Shown: positions 35,604 through 45,294 of the stretch, one piece after another
Position numbering within the stretch: position 1 is the first letter of the stretch
Layout: every line of letters begins with the position of its first letter
Source of the DNA: a virus
Lineage: Duplodnaviria > Caudoviricetes
DNA length: 51,496 nucleotides
IMG/VR virus record: IMGVR_UViG_3300021178_000015
Coordinates: 1-51,496 of that record
Strand: one strand, 5' to 3'
Notes under the pieces: model-generated
Databases searched by the model: none
What the model saw: the letters and a program-made list of their open reading frames with translations, nothing else
Told to the model about the DNA's origin: nothing
Program-made: the position numbers and the translations under genes

Positions 35604-35770
35604 TACTTCGCGCCTTTTTCACGGAACCGCGAAGCAAGTTCGCCGAACGTTATTTTCTCGCCGTAGTGGTCAAAGACTTCTTCAATGTCCGGCTTTTCAT
35701 CGCAGCCCAGCTCGTTCATGGCGAGCTGTTCCGCTGTGAACCTTCGAAAGAAATCGTCTGCTCCGCACAT
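35603..35770 (-). CDS. Small hypothetical protein (55 aa)
   Basis: Translated by hand; AGGAG RBS, TAATG coupling. Confidence 0.6.
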   Translation of the reverse strand: MCGADDFFRRFTAEQLAMNELGCDEKPDIEEVFDHYGEKITFGELASRFREKGAK

Positions 35771-35970
35771 TGTATGTCTCCTAAGAATGGTGGCCGGGGT
35801 GACTAGGCTTTGCAGCCGGCTGCCTAGTCACCCTTGCGGCCCGCTGGCTATTTAAGGAGTGGAAGGCACCAACCCCGCGCCAGCGTTTTCGAATTGGGTG
35901 ACTGGGACCGCAGTGCGGCTACGGTCCCAGTATGAACGAAATCGGCCCGCGAGAGTACCGTTCCGTTCAA

Positions 35971-36459
35971 TCAGCCGCCCATCAACTTCGCCATATTCTC
36001 CAACTGAGGCATGCCGAGCGTGGGAACCTTGAACTGCCAAATCTGGTCCGGTGTCATGTTCGCCAGATCGGGCGTGTTGCCGCACTGTCCGCGGAGCCAC
36101 GCCAAGGCCTGGGCGGCGCTTTCCGTGCTCATGGCGGCGCCGGCATCGTACTTGGCCTTGATGCGTTCGATAAGGGCCGCAGCCGCGGGCGCGACCAGGG
36201 GGGCGCCTTGCGGCTGCGCGTTCGGAAAGCCTCCGCCGTTGCCCGTCTGTCCAGCGCCGGGGAAACCGCCGCCCTGGGCAGCGCCCGGGTTGAACGTCTG
36301 CCCCTGAGGCGGCATGATCGGGTTTGGCGCGGTATGGCCGCCAGCGGCACCCGCCGTACCGGTTTCGCCTTCGTCGGCGCCGCCCTTGCCGGTCCGTGGC
36401 TTCTTCAGCTTGGTCACGAAGTCCAAGACTTCTTCGATGGTGTCGAAAGTGAATTGCAT
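35971..36459 (-). CDS. Hypothetical protein with Gly/Pro/Gln-rich linker
   Basis: AGGAG RBS and TTGACG promoter near 36520. Confidence 0.75.
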   Translation of the reverse strand: MQFTFDTIEEVLDFVTKLKKPRTGKGGADEGETGTAGAAGGHTAPNPIMPPQGQTFNPGAAQGGGFPGAGQTGNGGGFPNAQPQGAPLVAPAAAALIERIKAKYDAGAAMSTESAAQALAWLRGQCGNTPDLANMTPDQIWQFKVPTLGMPQLENMAKLMGG

Positions 36460-36546
36460 GATGTCTAGCTCCTAAAAGTTGTGAGACGCCTTATCTATCT
36501 TGTGTCGTGAACGGCGTCAATAGGTTCACGATATCCGTACAAGTGA

Positions 36547-36747
36547 TTAGTCGCCCTTGAAAGAAAATTCTCGAATTTTGCCGGTCCAAAAATCTTGCGC
36601 TTTGGCCGCAGCTTCACAGTCGGCTTTCGTCTTACCGTACGTGACGACGTGCACGCGTTCGCCATCCCACCCGATAAGCAAAACTTGCTTCAGATTATAT
36701 TTGTCGGCGATGTTTTCGGCTGCGAGTATCGGAATGCGCTTTGGCAT
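36547..36747 (-). CDS. Hypothetical protein
   Basis: 66 aa from MPKRIPI, directly after the helicase. Confidence 0.6.
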   Translation of the reverse strand: MPKRIPILAAENIADKYNLKQVLLIGWDGERVHVVTYGKTKADCEAAAKAQDFWTGKIREFSFKGD

Positions 36748-36752
36748 ATTTT

Positions 36753-38426
36753 TCACCTTTGATGTAAAACCCCATGCACGTCGTAAACTCCGCCGACAAG
36801 ATATCGACCGTTCTGCGCCCGCTTCAGATAAACCGAATGCGGCGCCGGCAAATCCTCGTACGGCCAGATCGCAGTCGCATACATCGTTGTCAGTAGCCAG
36901 CCGCCTGAGCTGTTCTTGACCGGTGGCGAGACGATTTGCTGCCATGGGTTCTTTTCGATCAGAGCTTTGACGTTGACGGCTTCAGCTCCGCCGCCGCGCG
37001 TCTTCAGGTCTTTGCCTGGGGCCTGCGATATCGTGTTGTCGAAACCGCAGAACGGGCACAGCGGATGCAGGAACGCGGCGTAGACTTCTTCGCATGCGGC
37101 ACACTGCTTGACTTCGGTTTGCTGCTGTCCGCAATGAGGGCAGCGCATACCGTGGAAGTGCGGGTCAAAACGTTCCGTACACATTTTGCACTTGGGCGCG
37201 CTCTTGTGGATTTCGCCGCAACCCGGGCACGTCTTGCCGTGTTCCCAGGTCTCCCACTCTCTGCCGCAACCGATGTATAGCTTGCCGCCCTTGGTGACTT
37301 CTTCGCACGTCAACGCGCGGCCGGGCGAGGCCATCACAGCGTCAAGCGTGCCGTGTCGGTCGAGATTGCCGCCAAAGTCCGATAGCAAACAATTGGCAGC
37401 GTACGGCGTGATCCGCGCTCCGCGGCCTAAACCTTGAGCATAATAGACGGCTGATTTGGTGGCGCGACAGAAAGCCATATAATCGATATGCAGCATGTCA
37501 AAGCCGGTGTTGAACATGTTGCACGAAACTAGCAGCGGTATTGCTCGCGCCTTGAAGGCAATCACTGCCTTGTCGCGCTTGCCGGGTGGCGACTGCGAAT
37601 GAACGCCAACGGCGCAGCCTGGGTGAATTTTGTTAAGCTGCCATTCCAGCTTATCGACGTGTTCGACGTTGCAGCAGAACGCGAGTGCGCAACGCCGGTT
37701 AAATTTCGTCATTACCTCGATTATCGTCTTGGCGTGCGAAGGCGCCAGCTTGATCGCCCTGGGCGCCATTTCGTCAAGGTCAAAATCGCCCTTCACAGTG
37801 GCGAGGCCGGCAACGTCGATTACTTCATCTTCGCCGGCATCAACGGGAACGATGGGCTTCACGTAGCCGTCCCGCAACGCGTCCAAGAAGGTATAGCGGA
37901 ATACGATCGGGCCGAAGGTCTTTGCCAGATCGCCAGTGCCATCGGCGCGGAAAGGCGTGCCAGTGAGCCCGTGGATTTTGGTATGCGAGAGCTTTTCGAA
38001 CAGCCGGCGATATTGCGACGACTTGGCTGGCGGCACCATGTGAACTTCGTCAACCAAGATTGCGACAACATCGCGAAACAGATTAACACGGTTGATGATG
38101 GTTCCGATGGTGCCCACGGTCACGCGAGCAAAGGCATTCGTACTTATCGATGACGAACAGATACCCGGGCTTATGCCGTGGTTCTTTGCCGCGGTGGCGT
38201 TGTGGCCTACCAGTTCTTTGTTGTGGGCAACGATCAGAACGCGGCCGAATTGGCTGTAATGCAGTGCCAGCATGCCCAACATATCGGACTTGCCGCCGGC
38301 TACTGTAATTTCGGCCACCGAGAAGCGTTCCTCGTACGCGATCAGGGCGGAGACGCCAGCCGTTTGGTGCGGCCGGGGAACCCACGGTACGGGCGTTAGT
38401 GCTGTTGTGTTGTTCCAGAAATTCAT
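36753..38426 (-). CDS. Superfamily 2 (DExH, RadD/YejH-like) helicase with C-terminal Zn ribbons
   Basis: TVAGGKS, VDEVH, GLTGTP, TGFD, QGLGRGAR; multiple CxxC; start probably MNFW. Confidence 0.9.
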   Translation of the reverse strand: MNFWNNTTALTPVPWVPRPHQTAGVSALIAYEERFSVAEITVAGGKSDMLGMLALHYSQFGRVLIVAHNKELVGHNATAAKNHGISPGICSSSISTNAFARVTVGTIGTIINRVNLFRDVVAILVDEVHMVPPAKSSQYRRLFEKLSHTKIHGLTGTPFRADGTGDLAKTFGPIVFRYTFLDALRDGYVKPIVPVDAGEDEVIDVAGLATVKGDFDLDEMAPRAIKLAPSHAKTIIEVMTKFNRRCALAFCCNVEHVDKLEWQLNKIHPGCAVGVHSQSPPGKRDKAVIAFKARAIPLLVSCNMFNTGFDMLHIDYMAFCRATKSAVYYAQGLGRGARITPYAANCLLSDFGGNLDRHGTLDAVMASPGRALTCEEVTKGGKLYIGCGREWETWEHGKTCPGCGEIHKSAPKCKMCTERFDPHFHGMRCPHCGQQQTEVKQCAACEEVYAAFLHPLCPFCGFDNTISQAPGKDLKTRGGGAEAVNVKALIEKNPWQQIVSPPVKNSSGGWLLTTMYATAIWPYEDLPAPHSVYLKRAQNGRYLVGGVYDVHGVLHQR

Positions 38427-38431
38427 AGAAG

Positions 38432-38701
38432 CTAGGTTCCGTGACGGCCGCAACTGATGATCTGAGTGCAATATGGACACGGGGCGGGCGGCTCGATTAC
38501 GTTGCCGGCGCTATCAAGCTCCACAGTTTCGAGCTGTCCGTTCCTATAACGCAGCATTGTCGGCTTGTTCGGTTCACGACCGCCCATCAAGGTTTCGCGG
38601 AAAGATTTCTCAAGCGCAGCCTCAAAGTAGGCGCGCGTTTGCGGGCTGATTTCTTCGTCGCCGCACTCGATTATTTTATGTTCGATGGTGTACTCGGTCA
38701 C
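38432..38701 (-). CDS. Hypothetical protein
   Basis: 89 aa, coupled operon gene. Confidence 0.6.
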   Translation of the reverse strand: MTEYTIEHKIIECGDEEISPQTRAYFEAALEKSFRETLMGGREPNKPTMLRYRNGQLETVELDSAGNVIEPPAPCPYCTQIISCGRHGT

Positions 38702-38988
38702 GGCTTGCGCCCCGTCATGTACTGCAAATCGCGGTCCACGTACTCACGTAACTTCGCGACAGTCGCATTGAACACGTCCTCTTTGCCGACGTGCCTGCCG
38801 ACGACAAGCAAAGCAATGACGCCAGCCAAGCCGTTGAGGTACTCCGCGTGTACGGACTTGCCCACGGCATGATCGCGGATAATGACAGGCGTGAAAGTCT
38901 GCAAGTGATCCCGCATCGTATCGCGGATAGTCACGGAAGCTGCGGTTTCGAGCCGCAGGCCCGGCTTGCCGTCTTTGTCGGTTATCAT
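38698..38988 (-). CDS. Hypothetical protein
   Basis: 96 aa, ATGA-coupled. Confidence 0.65.
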   Translation of the reverse strand: MITDKDGKPGLRLETAASVTIRDTMRDHLQTFTPVIIRDHAVGKSVHAEYLNGLAGVIALLVVGRHVGKEDVFNATVAKLREYVDRDLQYMTGRKP

Positions 38989-39170
38989 GATTTCATCGCC
39001 TTTGTGATGGCATCCCGCAATGTTTCACCGTGCCACTTTTCGCCCGGAATGGGGTAGTCGTCCCATGTCAACGTAACTTCGTATCCATCGACCACATACA
39101 GAATTTCAACTTTTTGGTGCAGGGTGTGTTTGGCTTCCAGCCAATCAATCATGCGGGCGTCGGTTATCAT
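38985..39170 (-). CDS. Hypothetical protein
   Basis: TDARMIDWLE...TLRDAI pattern common in phage early genes. Confidence 0.7.
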   Translation of the reverse strand: MITDARMIDWLEAKHTLHQKVEILYVVDGYEVTLTWDDYPIPGEKWHGETLRDAITKAMKS

Positions 39171-39264
39171 TGCAACATCCCCGTTGGCAGCTCAACCCAC
39201 GCTGCGAGCCAAATCACGGCGATAAATAGCACGCCGCACAGTTCGAAGGCAATTTGAGTTTTGG

Positions 39265-39474
39265 TCATGATCGTACCCGAACCTCAAAACGTTCCTTGTA
39301 GTTCCAGTTGCGCGTCATAGCCTGGGCTCGTGCAACAGCTTCCGGCTGCGTGTGGTTACCGAAGCATTCCCCCGTGCGGGTGTTGACAACCTCGTACCGA
39401 ATTTCACGGGACATGTCACCGATGATGCGGACCGGCGCGTGGCGGGCGATGCGGTCGTGCTGCTTCTTGTTCAT
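39265..39474 (-). CDS. Hypothetical protein
   Basis: 69 aa, within the operon. Confidence 0.6.
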   Translation of the reverse strand: MNKKQHDRIARHAPVRIIGDMSREIRYEVVNTRTGECFGNHTQPEAVARAQAMTRNWNYKERFEVRVRS

Positions 39475-39477
39475 GGC

Positions 39478-39693
39478 TCAGTACCAACGTTCGTTGGCGC
39501 CGACGCCGGCAAACTGGACGGAAGCGAAGCCCGTGAGCGCGGTGCGGGCTTCGGCATAGCCGGAGCGCATTTGCAGGCCCAGGTAATACGAATAGGGCTT
39601 GGTGGCGCGGCCATTGGCCTTAAGCCAAGTGAAGTCTTCCTTGGCGCGGGCGTGGGCTTCGGTCATGATCTTGGAAAGAAGGGGTTTAAACAT
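39478..39693 (-). CDS. Hypothetical protein headed by conserved leader motif
   Basis: CCGCTGGAGAGCGA (39696-39709) then ATG; TTGACG promoter. Confidence 0.7.
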   Translation of the reverse strand: MFKPLLSKIMTEAHARAKEDFTWLKANGRATKPYSYYLGLQMRSGYAEARTALTGFASVQFAGVGANERWY

Positions 39694-39778
39694 CTTCGCT
39701 CTCCAGCGGGTTTGTGTGTACGTATCTGTACAGAAGTCCGCAAAAGCCGTCAAGCACTATTTTCAACTTTTTTGAAAA

Positions 39779-40087
39779 TTAATGCAGGGCGTCCCAGAAA
39801 CCGACGATTAAGCCTTCGTCGTCTTGCAAGAAACCGCCGCGCTCCAGCCGAACCCATTCATTCCAGCCTGGGTATGACGTGTACATGCGACGCCACGGGC
39901 TATCTGTACTCTCGATTATGGCCAGATTTGGCGTGTCAAGAGGCTCGGTTTGCTGGCAAATGTCCACGCAGGCCAGATAAGCGCCCCGACCGGGCGGTCG
40001 GCTATGGATGGCGCGTATTTCGTTAGCGTAGGCCGGGGGCGCCAGTGGGCTGCCGGCGACGAATGAGAAAGGCCAATAGCGTGTCAC
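39779..40087 (-). CDS. Hypothetical protein
   Basis: GGAGG RBS, GTGA-coupled start. Confidence 0.55.
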   Translation of the reverse strand: MTRYWPFSFVAGSPLAPPAYANEIRAIHSRPPGRGAYLACVDICQQTEPLDTPNLAIIESTDSPWRRMYTSYPGWNEWVRLERGGFLQDDEGLIVGFWDALH

Positions 40088-40422
40088 GGGACTACCTCCA
40101 ATCCTAGTTGGTGCGCCGTCTCCCAAACTTGCTTCACAAGTTCGTGTACGGATGCAATATAGGGCGTGTTCGGCTGGGGCATGCCGACGTCCTGAAATTC
40201 GAGCGTGCTGCCGTCCGTGAATTTGCACTCCCCGCGCGGAATGATTTGGCCCCGGGGGACGTTCACGAGCCGTTGCAGCGCCGGATGCTTGCTGTGGACT
40301 AGTATGCCAGTGAGCTGCACGGCGATGGCGAAATCACGTTGCAGGGCCGCCACCTTGTCTTCAGTGGTCGGCTGCGCCGGTACGGGCGGTTCCCAAGGAT
40401 AGCGTTGGATTTCAGTGCTCAC
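40084..40422 (-). CDS. Hypothetical protein (N-terminal YPWE)
   Basis: 112 aa, within the operon. Confidence 0.65.
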   Translation of the reverse strand: MSTEIQRYPWEPPVPAQPTTEDKVAALQRDFAIAVQLTGILVHSKHPALQRLVNVPRGQIIPRGECKFTDGSTLEFQDVGMPQPNTPYIASVHELVKQVWETAHQLGLEVVP

Positions 40423-40612
40423 GGTCCGCTCTCTGCTTTTCTTGGCATGATTTCTCCCACTGCTGGCAGCTATCGCTTCCGTACTTGACCGTGCCGAGTT
40501 TCAAACACGGCGCTTTCTTCTTTCCAGTTTCGTCGGCGGTTCCAGCGTCGCCGTACCACATGTTGCAGCGTGAGCACGCACGGAGCGGAAGCGGGTTAAT
40601 CAGCATTCCCAT
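40412..40612 (-). CDS. Small Cys-rich protein
   Basis: CSRC...C...C. Confidence 0.55.
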   Translation of the reverse strand: MGMLINPLPLRACSRCNMWYGDAGTADETGKKKAPCLKLGTVKYGSDSCQQWEKSCQEKQRADREH

Positions 40613-40854
40613 GGTAACGCCTTTCGTAAGTACGTTGCGTCTTCAGGATAGACTATTGCGCCTAAGTCTTCGTTATAGGCGTCTGTCCAAACCACGGCAA
40701 TTGTTCCGGCTTCAATGATGGTGACGGTTCCGCGACTGGCGCCGGAACAGACGACATCACCCACGGCATACTTTGAAGACTGCGGTGCGTCGCTCCAAGG
40801 ATACACTGCTTTCCGTCCATTGTCGTCTTGCCGCATTTGCAAACCCCGTTCCAT
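40600..40854 (-). CDS. Small KOW/SH3-like protein
   Basis: KYAVGDVV...RGTVTII...VVW; ends LPWEC. Confidence 0.55.
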   Translation of the reverse strand: MERGLQMRQDDNGRKAVYPWSDAPQSSKYAVGDVVCSGASRGTVTIIEAGTIAVVWTDAYNEDLGAIVYPEDATYLRKALPWEC

Positions 40855-40872
40855 TCCTCCCAGGGGAGCATA

Positions 40873-41070
40873 TCAGCCCCCGAACAACACGGGTTCGGCT
40901 TTGTTGAGCAGTGCACACACCGCGGCAGGGTCTATCCCTTCGGAAACAATGCATACGCGAAAACCCATGCTTGCACCAAAATCGCTCTGTACGGGACGGT
41001 GAAAAATCGCGTCGCCCCGCACGTAGTAGAACGGTGACGTGTCGATCTCGATAACCTTCAATGCTGCCAT
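40873..41070 (-). CDS. Hypothetical protein
   Basis: GGAGAG RBS, start MAALKVIE. Confidence 0.55.
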   Translation of the reverse strand: MAALKVIEIDTSPFYYVRGDAIFHRPVQSDFGASMGFRVCIVSEGIDPAAVCALLNKAEPVLFGG

Positions 41071-43121
41071 GGGTAGCTCTCCAGCTTCGTTGTGGGTATC
41101 TGCACAGTCCAGTTGACCGTAAGAGGCTGCTGTACGGACCCGGCGGGCGAGTACACAGCGTAGAAAGGACATCCGCGCATTGTACGGAAGTGTCCGGAAT
41201 TTAGCAAGCTCTGCATGCCCTCTTTTTCAAATAATTTTAGGGCAGCATCCTTGCTGATAACAAACGCAGGCACAGAGCCGTGTACGGACGCGCCTAGCTC
41301 GGCGGCAACGCTATCGAACGGAACCATGTTGCCGGCGCGGAGTGCATCCATTCCGCCGTTAGTGACGCCGGGCAGCATTGCGCCGAGCCGTATCATTGCG
41401 CTCTGTTCGCGCTGCTGCGGTGTCGTGATGACTTCGCGTTTAAACACATTCACAGTTGTTGCGCGCCCCTTGCTGTCGTTGCCGTAGTGCTCCGAAATAA
41501 TTCTGCCGGTGTAGCTCTTTGCCTTTGGCGCACCGCGCGCTTTGCCGCAGTCGATCGACACGATATCTTGCCGGCCGGCGGTGACGCGATACATGAAACC
41601 GCTATTGCCAGCCTTGGCGCCGTTGCCCTTCTGCCAAGCATCCTCATTGCCGAGCGGCAAGTGGTCCGTGACAATCATCGCGGCGCCCGTACGAAAGGCG
41701 ACATTCTTCAAAATGAACATCGCCTTCAGGACGCTTTCGGTATCGTTGTCGGCAAAGCAGAGCCCTGACGACGCCCAGGTATCCAGCACGAGCAAATCGA
41801 CACGCATGCCCATTGCGGCCATCGCAGCGACTTGGCCCAAGCAGTCTTGCTCGAAGGAGCCGGGATTGACGCGCGGTATCAGATGGAAGCGCGAAGCCAG
41901 TTCGTTGCCGTTCGGCTCTTGCCGGATAAGATGCCTTACGCGTCGTTCTGTGCCGTAGTCATCTTCAGCGGCAACCCATAATACGTGACCGTCACTCCGT
42001 TCAACATCAGCCTCAAGCCATCCGCGTCCATTAAGCAAAGCAACTGCCAAGTCCGAAACGACACTAGATTTTCCAGCTCCAGAATGTCCCGTAAAAAAGT
42101 GTACCTCTCCGCAGAGAATACGCTGATACAGAAGCCACGGTAACTCATTTGTGCTATCCTCCAGTTTCAGTTCAAAGCCCGTACGAGCCTGCAACGTCGG
42201 TGCCGTCTGTCCGTCATGCAGGCCTTGCAGAAACGTACGGCGCGACATGATGGCTTGCATTATCAGGTTGCCGCGCAACACCGGCAACTGGTCATGGCGC
42301 ATGATCTCTTCGCCCAGAACACGCCCGCCGTGGCCTTCGGATAGCGAGTGGCCCGCGCTGGTTATCGCGGTTTCGATTTCTTCTCGTGTGCATAAGCCGT
42401 TCTGTTCGGCGAACTTCAGCACCCCGACAAGCGAAAAGATTGTGGAGCCGCGGCCTTCCGTACGGCCCATCAAGTCCTGTTTGAGCAGTCCTAAATAGCG
42501 CTTAGTGGCGTCGCGGCCGGCTTGCCATTCGTCTTGCGTTCTAGGTTTGGCTTCGTGCAGTTCGTCAACACTGGCGGTTTCGTGCTCAGCACTAAAACGT
42601 AAAGACGTTTCAGCTCGTGCAGGTACTTCAGACAGTATTTGCTGGAGTTGCGCCGTCGTGATTTGCGGCCAATCTGCATCCCAATTCTCCCATTCGTACG
42701 GTTGTCCGGTGTCTTTGTGCGGGCCGAAGGCGACGAATTGGCCGCCCATCAATTGAAGCTTGTCTCCGTCCGGAAACGTGAAGGTGCGGCCTTGTACGGG
42801 CGCGTCTCTTAGAAAGAACGGTATCAGGAAGCGCGGTTTCCGTCCCCATCGCACGGGCACAGCCGGGCCAAGCACGCTACGGAACGCCTGTAAGAGACGC
42901 CCAGACATTTCGGGGTTTGATACGTCACAGTCGAATGCTGTAAGACCGCCGTCTCCGCATCGGAGCCCGACGCTGCCGGCGCCTGGGTGGGGTATTGGTG
43001 ATGTCCAAACATTCCAGCCGTCTCCGATCGGGGCCTTAGAGCCCCTTGCGATAGCTAGCGGAAAAAGCCCCCTTGCGCGGGCTTGCTCCCAAAATTCTTG
43101 GATGGTAGAAGGTAACGGCAA
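41058..43121 (-). CDS. Bifunctional primase-polymerase fused to AAA_25/RecA-family helicase
   Basis: SKAP...GW...VGLRCG...AFDCD...QFVAFGPH N-terminal domain; GHSGAGKS Walker A, AAED, LLVLDT. Confidence 0.85.
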   Translation of the reverse strand: MPLPSTIQEFWEQARARGLFPLAIARGSKAPIGDGWNVWTSPIPHPGAGSVGLRCGDGGLTAFDCDVSNPEMSGRLLQAFRSVLGPAVPVRWGRKPRFLIPFFLRDAPVQGRTFTFPDGDKLQLMGGQFVAFGPHKDTGQPYEWENWDADWPQITTAQLQQILSEVPARAETSLRFSAEHETASVDELHEAKPRTQDEWQAGRDATKRYLGLLKQDLMGRTEGRGSTIFSLVGVLKFAEQNGLCTREEIETAITSAGHSLSEGHGGRVLGEEIMRHDQLPVLRGNLIMQAIMSRRTFLQGLHDGQTAPTLQARTGFELKLEDSTNELPWLLYQRILCGEVHFFTGHSGAGKSSVVSDLAVALLNGRGWLEADVERSDGHVLWVAAEDDYGTERRVRHLIRQEPNGNELASRFHLIPRVNPGSFEQDCLGQVAAMAAMGMRVDLLVLDTWASSGLCFADNDTESVLKAMFILKNVAFRTGAAMIVTDHLPLGNEDAWQKGNGAKAGNSGFMYRVTAGRQDIVSIDCGKARGAPKAKSYTGRIISEHYGNDSKGRATTVNVFKREVITTPQQREQSAMIRLGAMLPGVTNGGMDALRAGNMVPFDSVAAELGASVHGSVPAFVISKDAALKLFEKEGMQSLLNSGHFRTMRGCPFYAVYSPAGSVQQPLTVNWTVQIPTTKLESYPWQH

Positions 43122-43165
43122 TCACGCCCCCAGCGTGGTTGGCGAGCCTTTCAGGGCCCCGGGTG

Positions 43166-43200
43166 AAGCCTCCGACGTTAGCCGCGTCGGGGGCTTTGCT
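43166..43200. terminator. Hairpin, possible terminator
   Basis: aagcctccgacg...cgtcgggggctt followed by tgcttt. Confidence 0.4.
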
Positions 43201-43767
43201 TTACGACGATTGCCACGGATAAGTCAAATTGCTACCCGTGGTATTTTGTACCGTTTCGCAGCCTATGGCGCGCATGGCCGCCGGCAGCTCGTATTGCGCG
43301 AGCCGGGCTTTCAAGACTTGGACTTCGCTGAACAGTTCGCTGTTGCGTGAGTACAGCCCGGCTAGTTCCTCCTTCATGGTGCTGTTAGCCATACGCAGCT
43401 TATCAGGCTCGCCGACACCCGTACACGCGAAACCTGCCACCACGCAACGCACGGTGCTGTCCCACGCAATAAAACCTTTTTCGAAAGCCGGCAACAAGCC
43501 CCGATGCAGGTCGCATGTACGGTTGCTGAAACGCGAATTGGCGTCTACTTGACCGACTTTTTCGAACACGGAGTATTTCTCTCCGCATATCGCGCACGGC
43601 CGTTGCCACTCTTTCATGTGCCGGTATTGCTTGCCGTTCAATTGAACGCTGTCGTGTTGGGCGGTTTCCACCCATCCTTCACGGTTGTGCCGGCTGGGTA
43701 CGTCAATGGGCAGCTCGCCGGGTTTCGCAAAGCCGCCGCGCATGCGTTCGCCTCTCGTAAAGCTCAT
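43201..43767 (-). CDS. Hypothetical protein (Zn-binding plus coiled coil)
   Basis: CAICG...CDLH; ends YPWQSS. Confidence 0.7.
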   Translation of the reverse strand: MSFTRGERMRGGFAKPGELPIDVPSRHNREGWVETAQHDSVQLNGKQYRHMKEWQRPCAICGEKYSVFEKVGQVDANSRFSNRTCDLHRGLLPAFEKGFIAWDSTVRCVVAGFACTGVGEPDKLRMANSTMKEELAGLYSRNSELFSEVQVLKARLAQYELPAAMRAIGCETVQNTTGSNLTYPWQSS

Positions 43768-44043
43768 TCAACAAATCTCCACTGTTTCGACTTCTTCGCA
43801 TTGGTGACCCGGCCAGCATCTTACAGAATACACAGTGCCGTCGATCAAAAAATTGCAGCATGATCGGCTAGGGCTTTCGTCTGTAGAACTGCACAGTTCT
43901 GTTCCGGCATCGGTGTCCGTACGGGTCCAAAACTTGCCGTGTGCGTAGAACGGAGCACCAATCGACAAATCGAGGAACGGCACCTTGACGCCGGTTTTGG
44001 TTAGTGTGATTGCGCGGCGTACGAGCCTAAATTCTGTGGCCAT
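43768..44043 (-). CDS. Hypothetical protein
   Basis: 91 aa, coupled. Confidence 0.6.
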   Translation of the reverse strand: MATEFRLVRRAITLTKTGVKVPFLDLSIGAPFYAHGKFWTRTDTDAGTELCSSTDESPSRSCCNFLIDGTVYSVRCWPGHQCEEVETVEIC

Positions 44044-44195
44044 TAAATTGCTCCGTTGACGACAATATACATGACGTACGCGAATGCGCCGAGCGTGGCG
44101 AGCAGCGCTATTTGCACAATCGTACGGGCCGTGCGCTCGCCGAATGCGAACGCTACCAGGCCGACGATAGCGATTAGTCCGATGCCGAAATGCAT
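44043..44195 (-). CDS. Small two-TM membrane protein
   Basis: AGGAGG RBS; MHFGIGLIAIVGLVAFAF... Confidence 0.6.
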   Translation of the reverse strand: MHFGIGLIAIVGLVAFAFGERTARTIVQIALLATLGAFAYVMYIVVNGAI

Positions 44196-44208
44196 GTCGT
44201 CAGCCCTC

Positions 44209-44535
44209 CTATATGCTTTGAAGCGGGGTTTTAAGGACGAAGCGAAAATGCGAAGCGTTGAAGCCGTGGCGATCGATAGCTTTTTGGCCCTTGCCGGCGA
44301 TGATGCCGCGCTCGCGGAGTGTTGCCGCATCATAGCGCCATTTCTTGCCGTAGTAGTTTTGCGATGTAGCGGCCTTGGCAAGACAGTCGGCGCCGAAAGC
44401 ACCCGGGAAGCCGGCAAGGCGCACGCCAACCTTTAACGGGCGGCCGCAATGCGAGCAACCGCACTCTTGCTCGTACCCAACGATCTCAACCGGCTCCGCT
44501 GCAAAGAAAACGATGTTGGTAAGGGTCTTGGTCAT
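44209..44535 (-). CDS. Hypothetical Zn-finger protein headed by conserved leader motif
   Basis: CCGCTGGAGAGCGA (44539-44552); CSHCGRPLK...FGADC. Confidence 0.7.
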   Translation of the reverse strand: MTKTLTNIVFFAAEPVEIVGYEQECGCSHCGRPLKVGVRLAGFPGAFGADCLAKAATSQNYYGKKWRYDAATLRERGIIAGKGQKAIDRHGFNASHFRFVLKTPLQSI

Positions 44536-44850
44536 TTGTCGCTCTCCAGCGGTTTGCTTCGATATCCGGACAATAGCACGTTTCAAATGTCTGTCAAGTC
44601 CCATGGTGGAATAACTTACATCCTTATGGGGATGCCCCTGGGAAACCGTTATGGTGCTGTGCATTGGTAGTCAGGGGACTATCTTGGGACAGTCCTAAGA
44701 CAGTGCAATTGCCAGTCATCTTAACTCCCGTAGGGAGGGGGCAACCCCTTTGGGGGCGTGCCCCCGACCGCTTGACCGCTGGGGCACGCAAGGATAGGGT
44801 TTGCAAAGAGACGAAGCACCATAGGCACAAAGAGTAACTAGGGCACAGAA

Positions 44851-45294
44851 ATGAACCTACCGGCTACCCGGCTTTCACAGTATGCGATGCAATCGGCTTG
44901 TGAAGAGATTGCACGGATACGGCCATTCGTACGGAAGGAAAGCACAGCTTTGACGACGGCTTGCAGACAGGCGGGCATGCCTATGGAGCTGGCGGAAGTT
45001 TGCGGCGGACTGTTGGCCTCCGTTGTGGACGATTTAGTTGCCGCAAGCGGCTTGCCCAAATCGAGCTTTGAGCGTACCAAGCGAATGGTTCGCGTTTTGA
45101 AGACCGCCCAGGAGCCGGCCAGTCACGCGCTACGGTTGGCCATGGCAGCGTCGCCAATCAACGGGGAAGCGGCTGTGATGCACTGGGACGCTATTTGCGA
45201 AGATCGCGAAAGAGGCAAGTTGGCGTGGCTGCTCGGCATGAGCACTGAGGCAGCTTGGAAGTACGGCAAGCGCATGGAAAAGATGACGGCATGA
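44851..45294 (+). CDS. Hypothetical protein
   Basis: 147 aa, ATGA-coupled to the methyltransferase. Confidence 0.6.
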   Translation: MNLPATRLSQYAMQSACEEIARIRPFVRKESTALTTACRQAGMPMELAEVCGGLLASVVDDLVAASGLPKSSFERTKRMVRVLKTAQEPASHALRLAMAASPINGEAAVMHWDAICEDRERGKLAWLLGMSTEAAWKYGKRMEKMTA

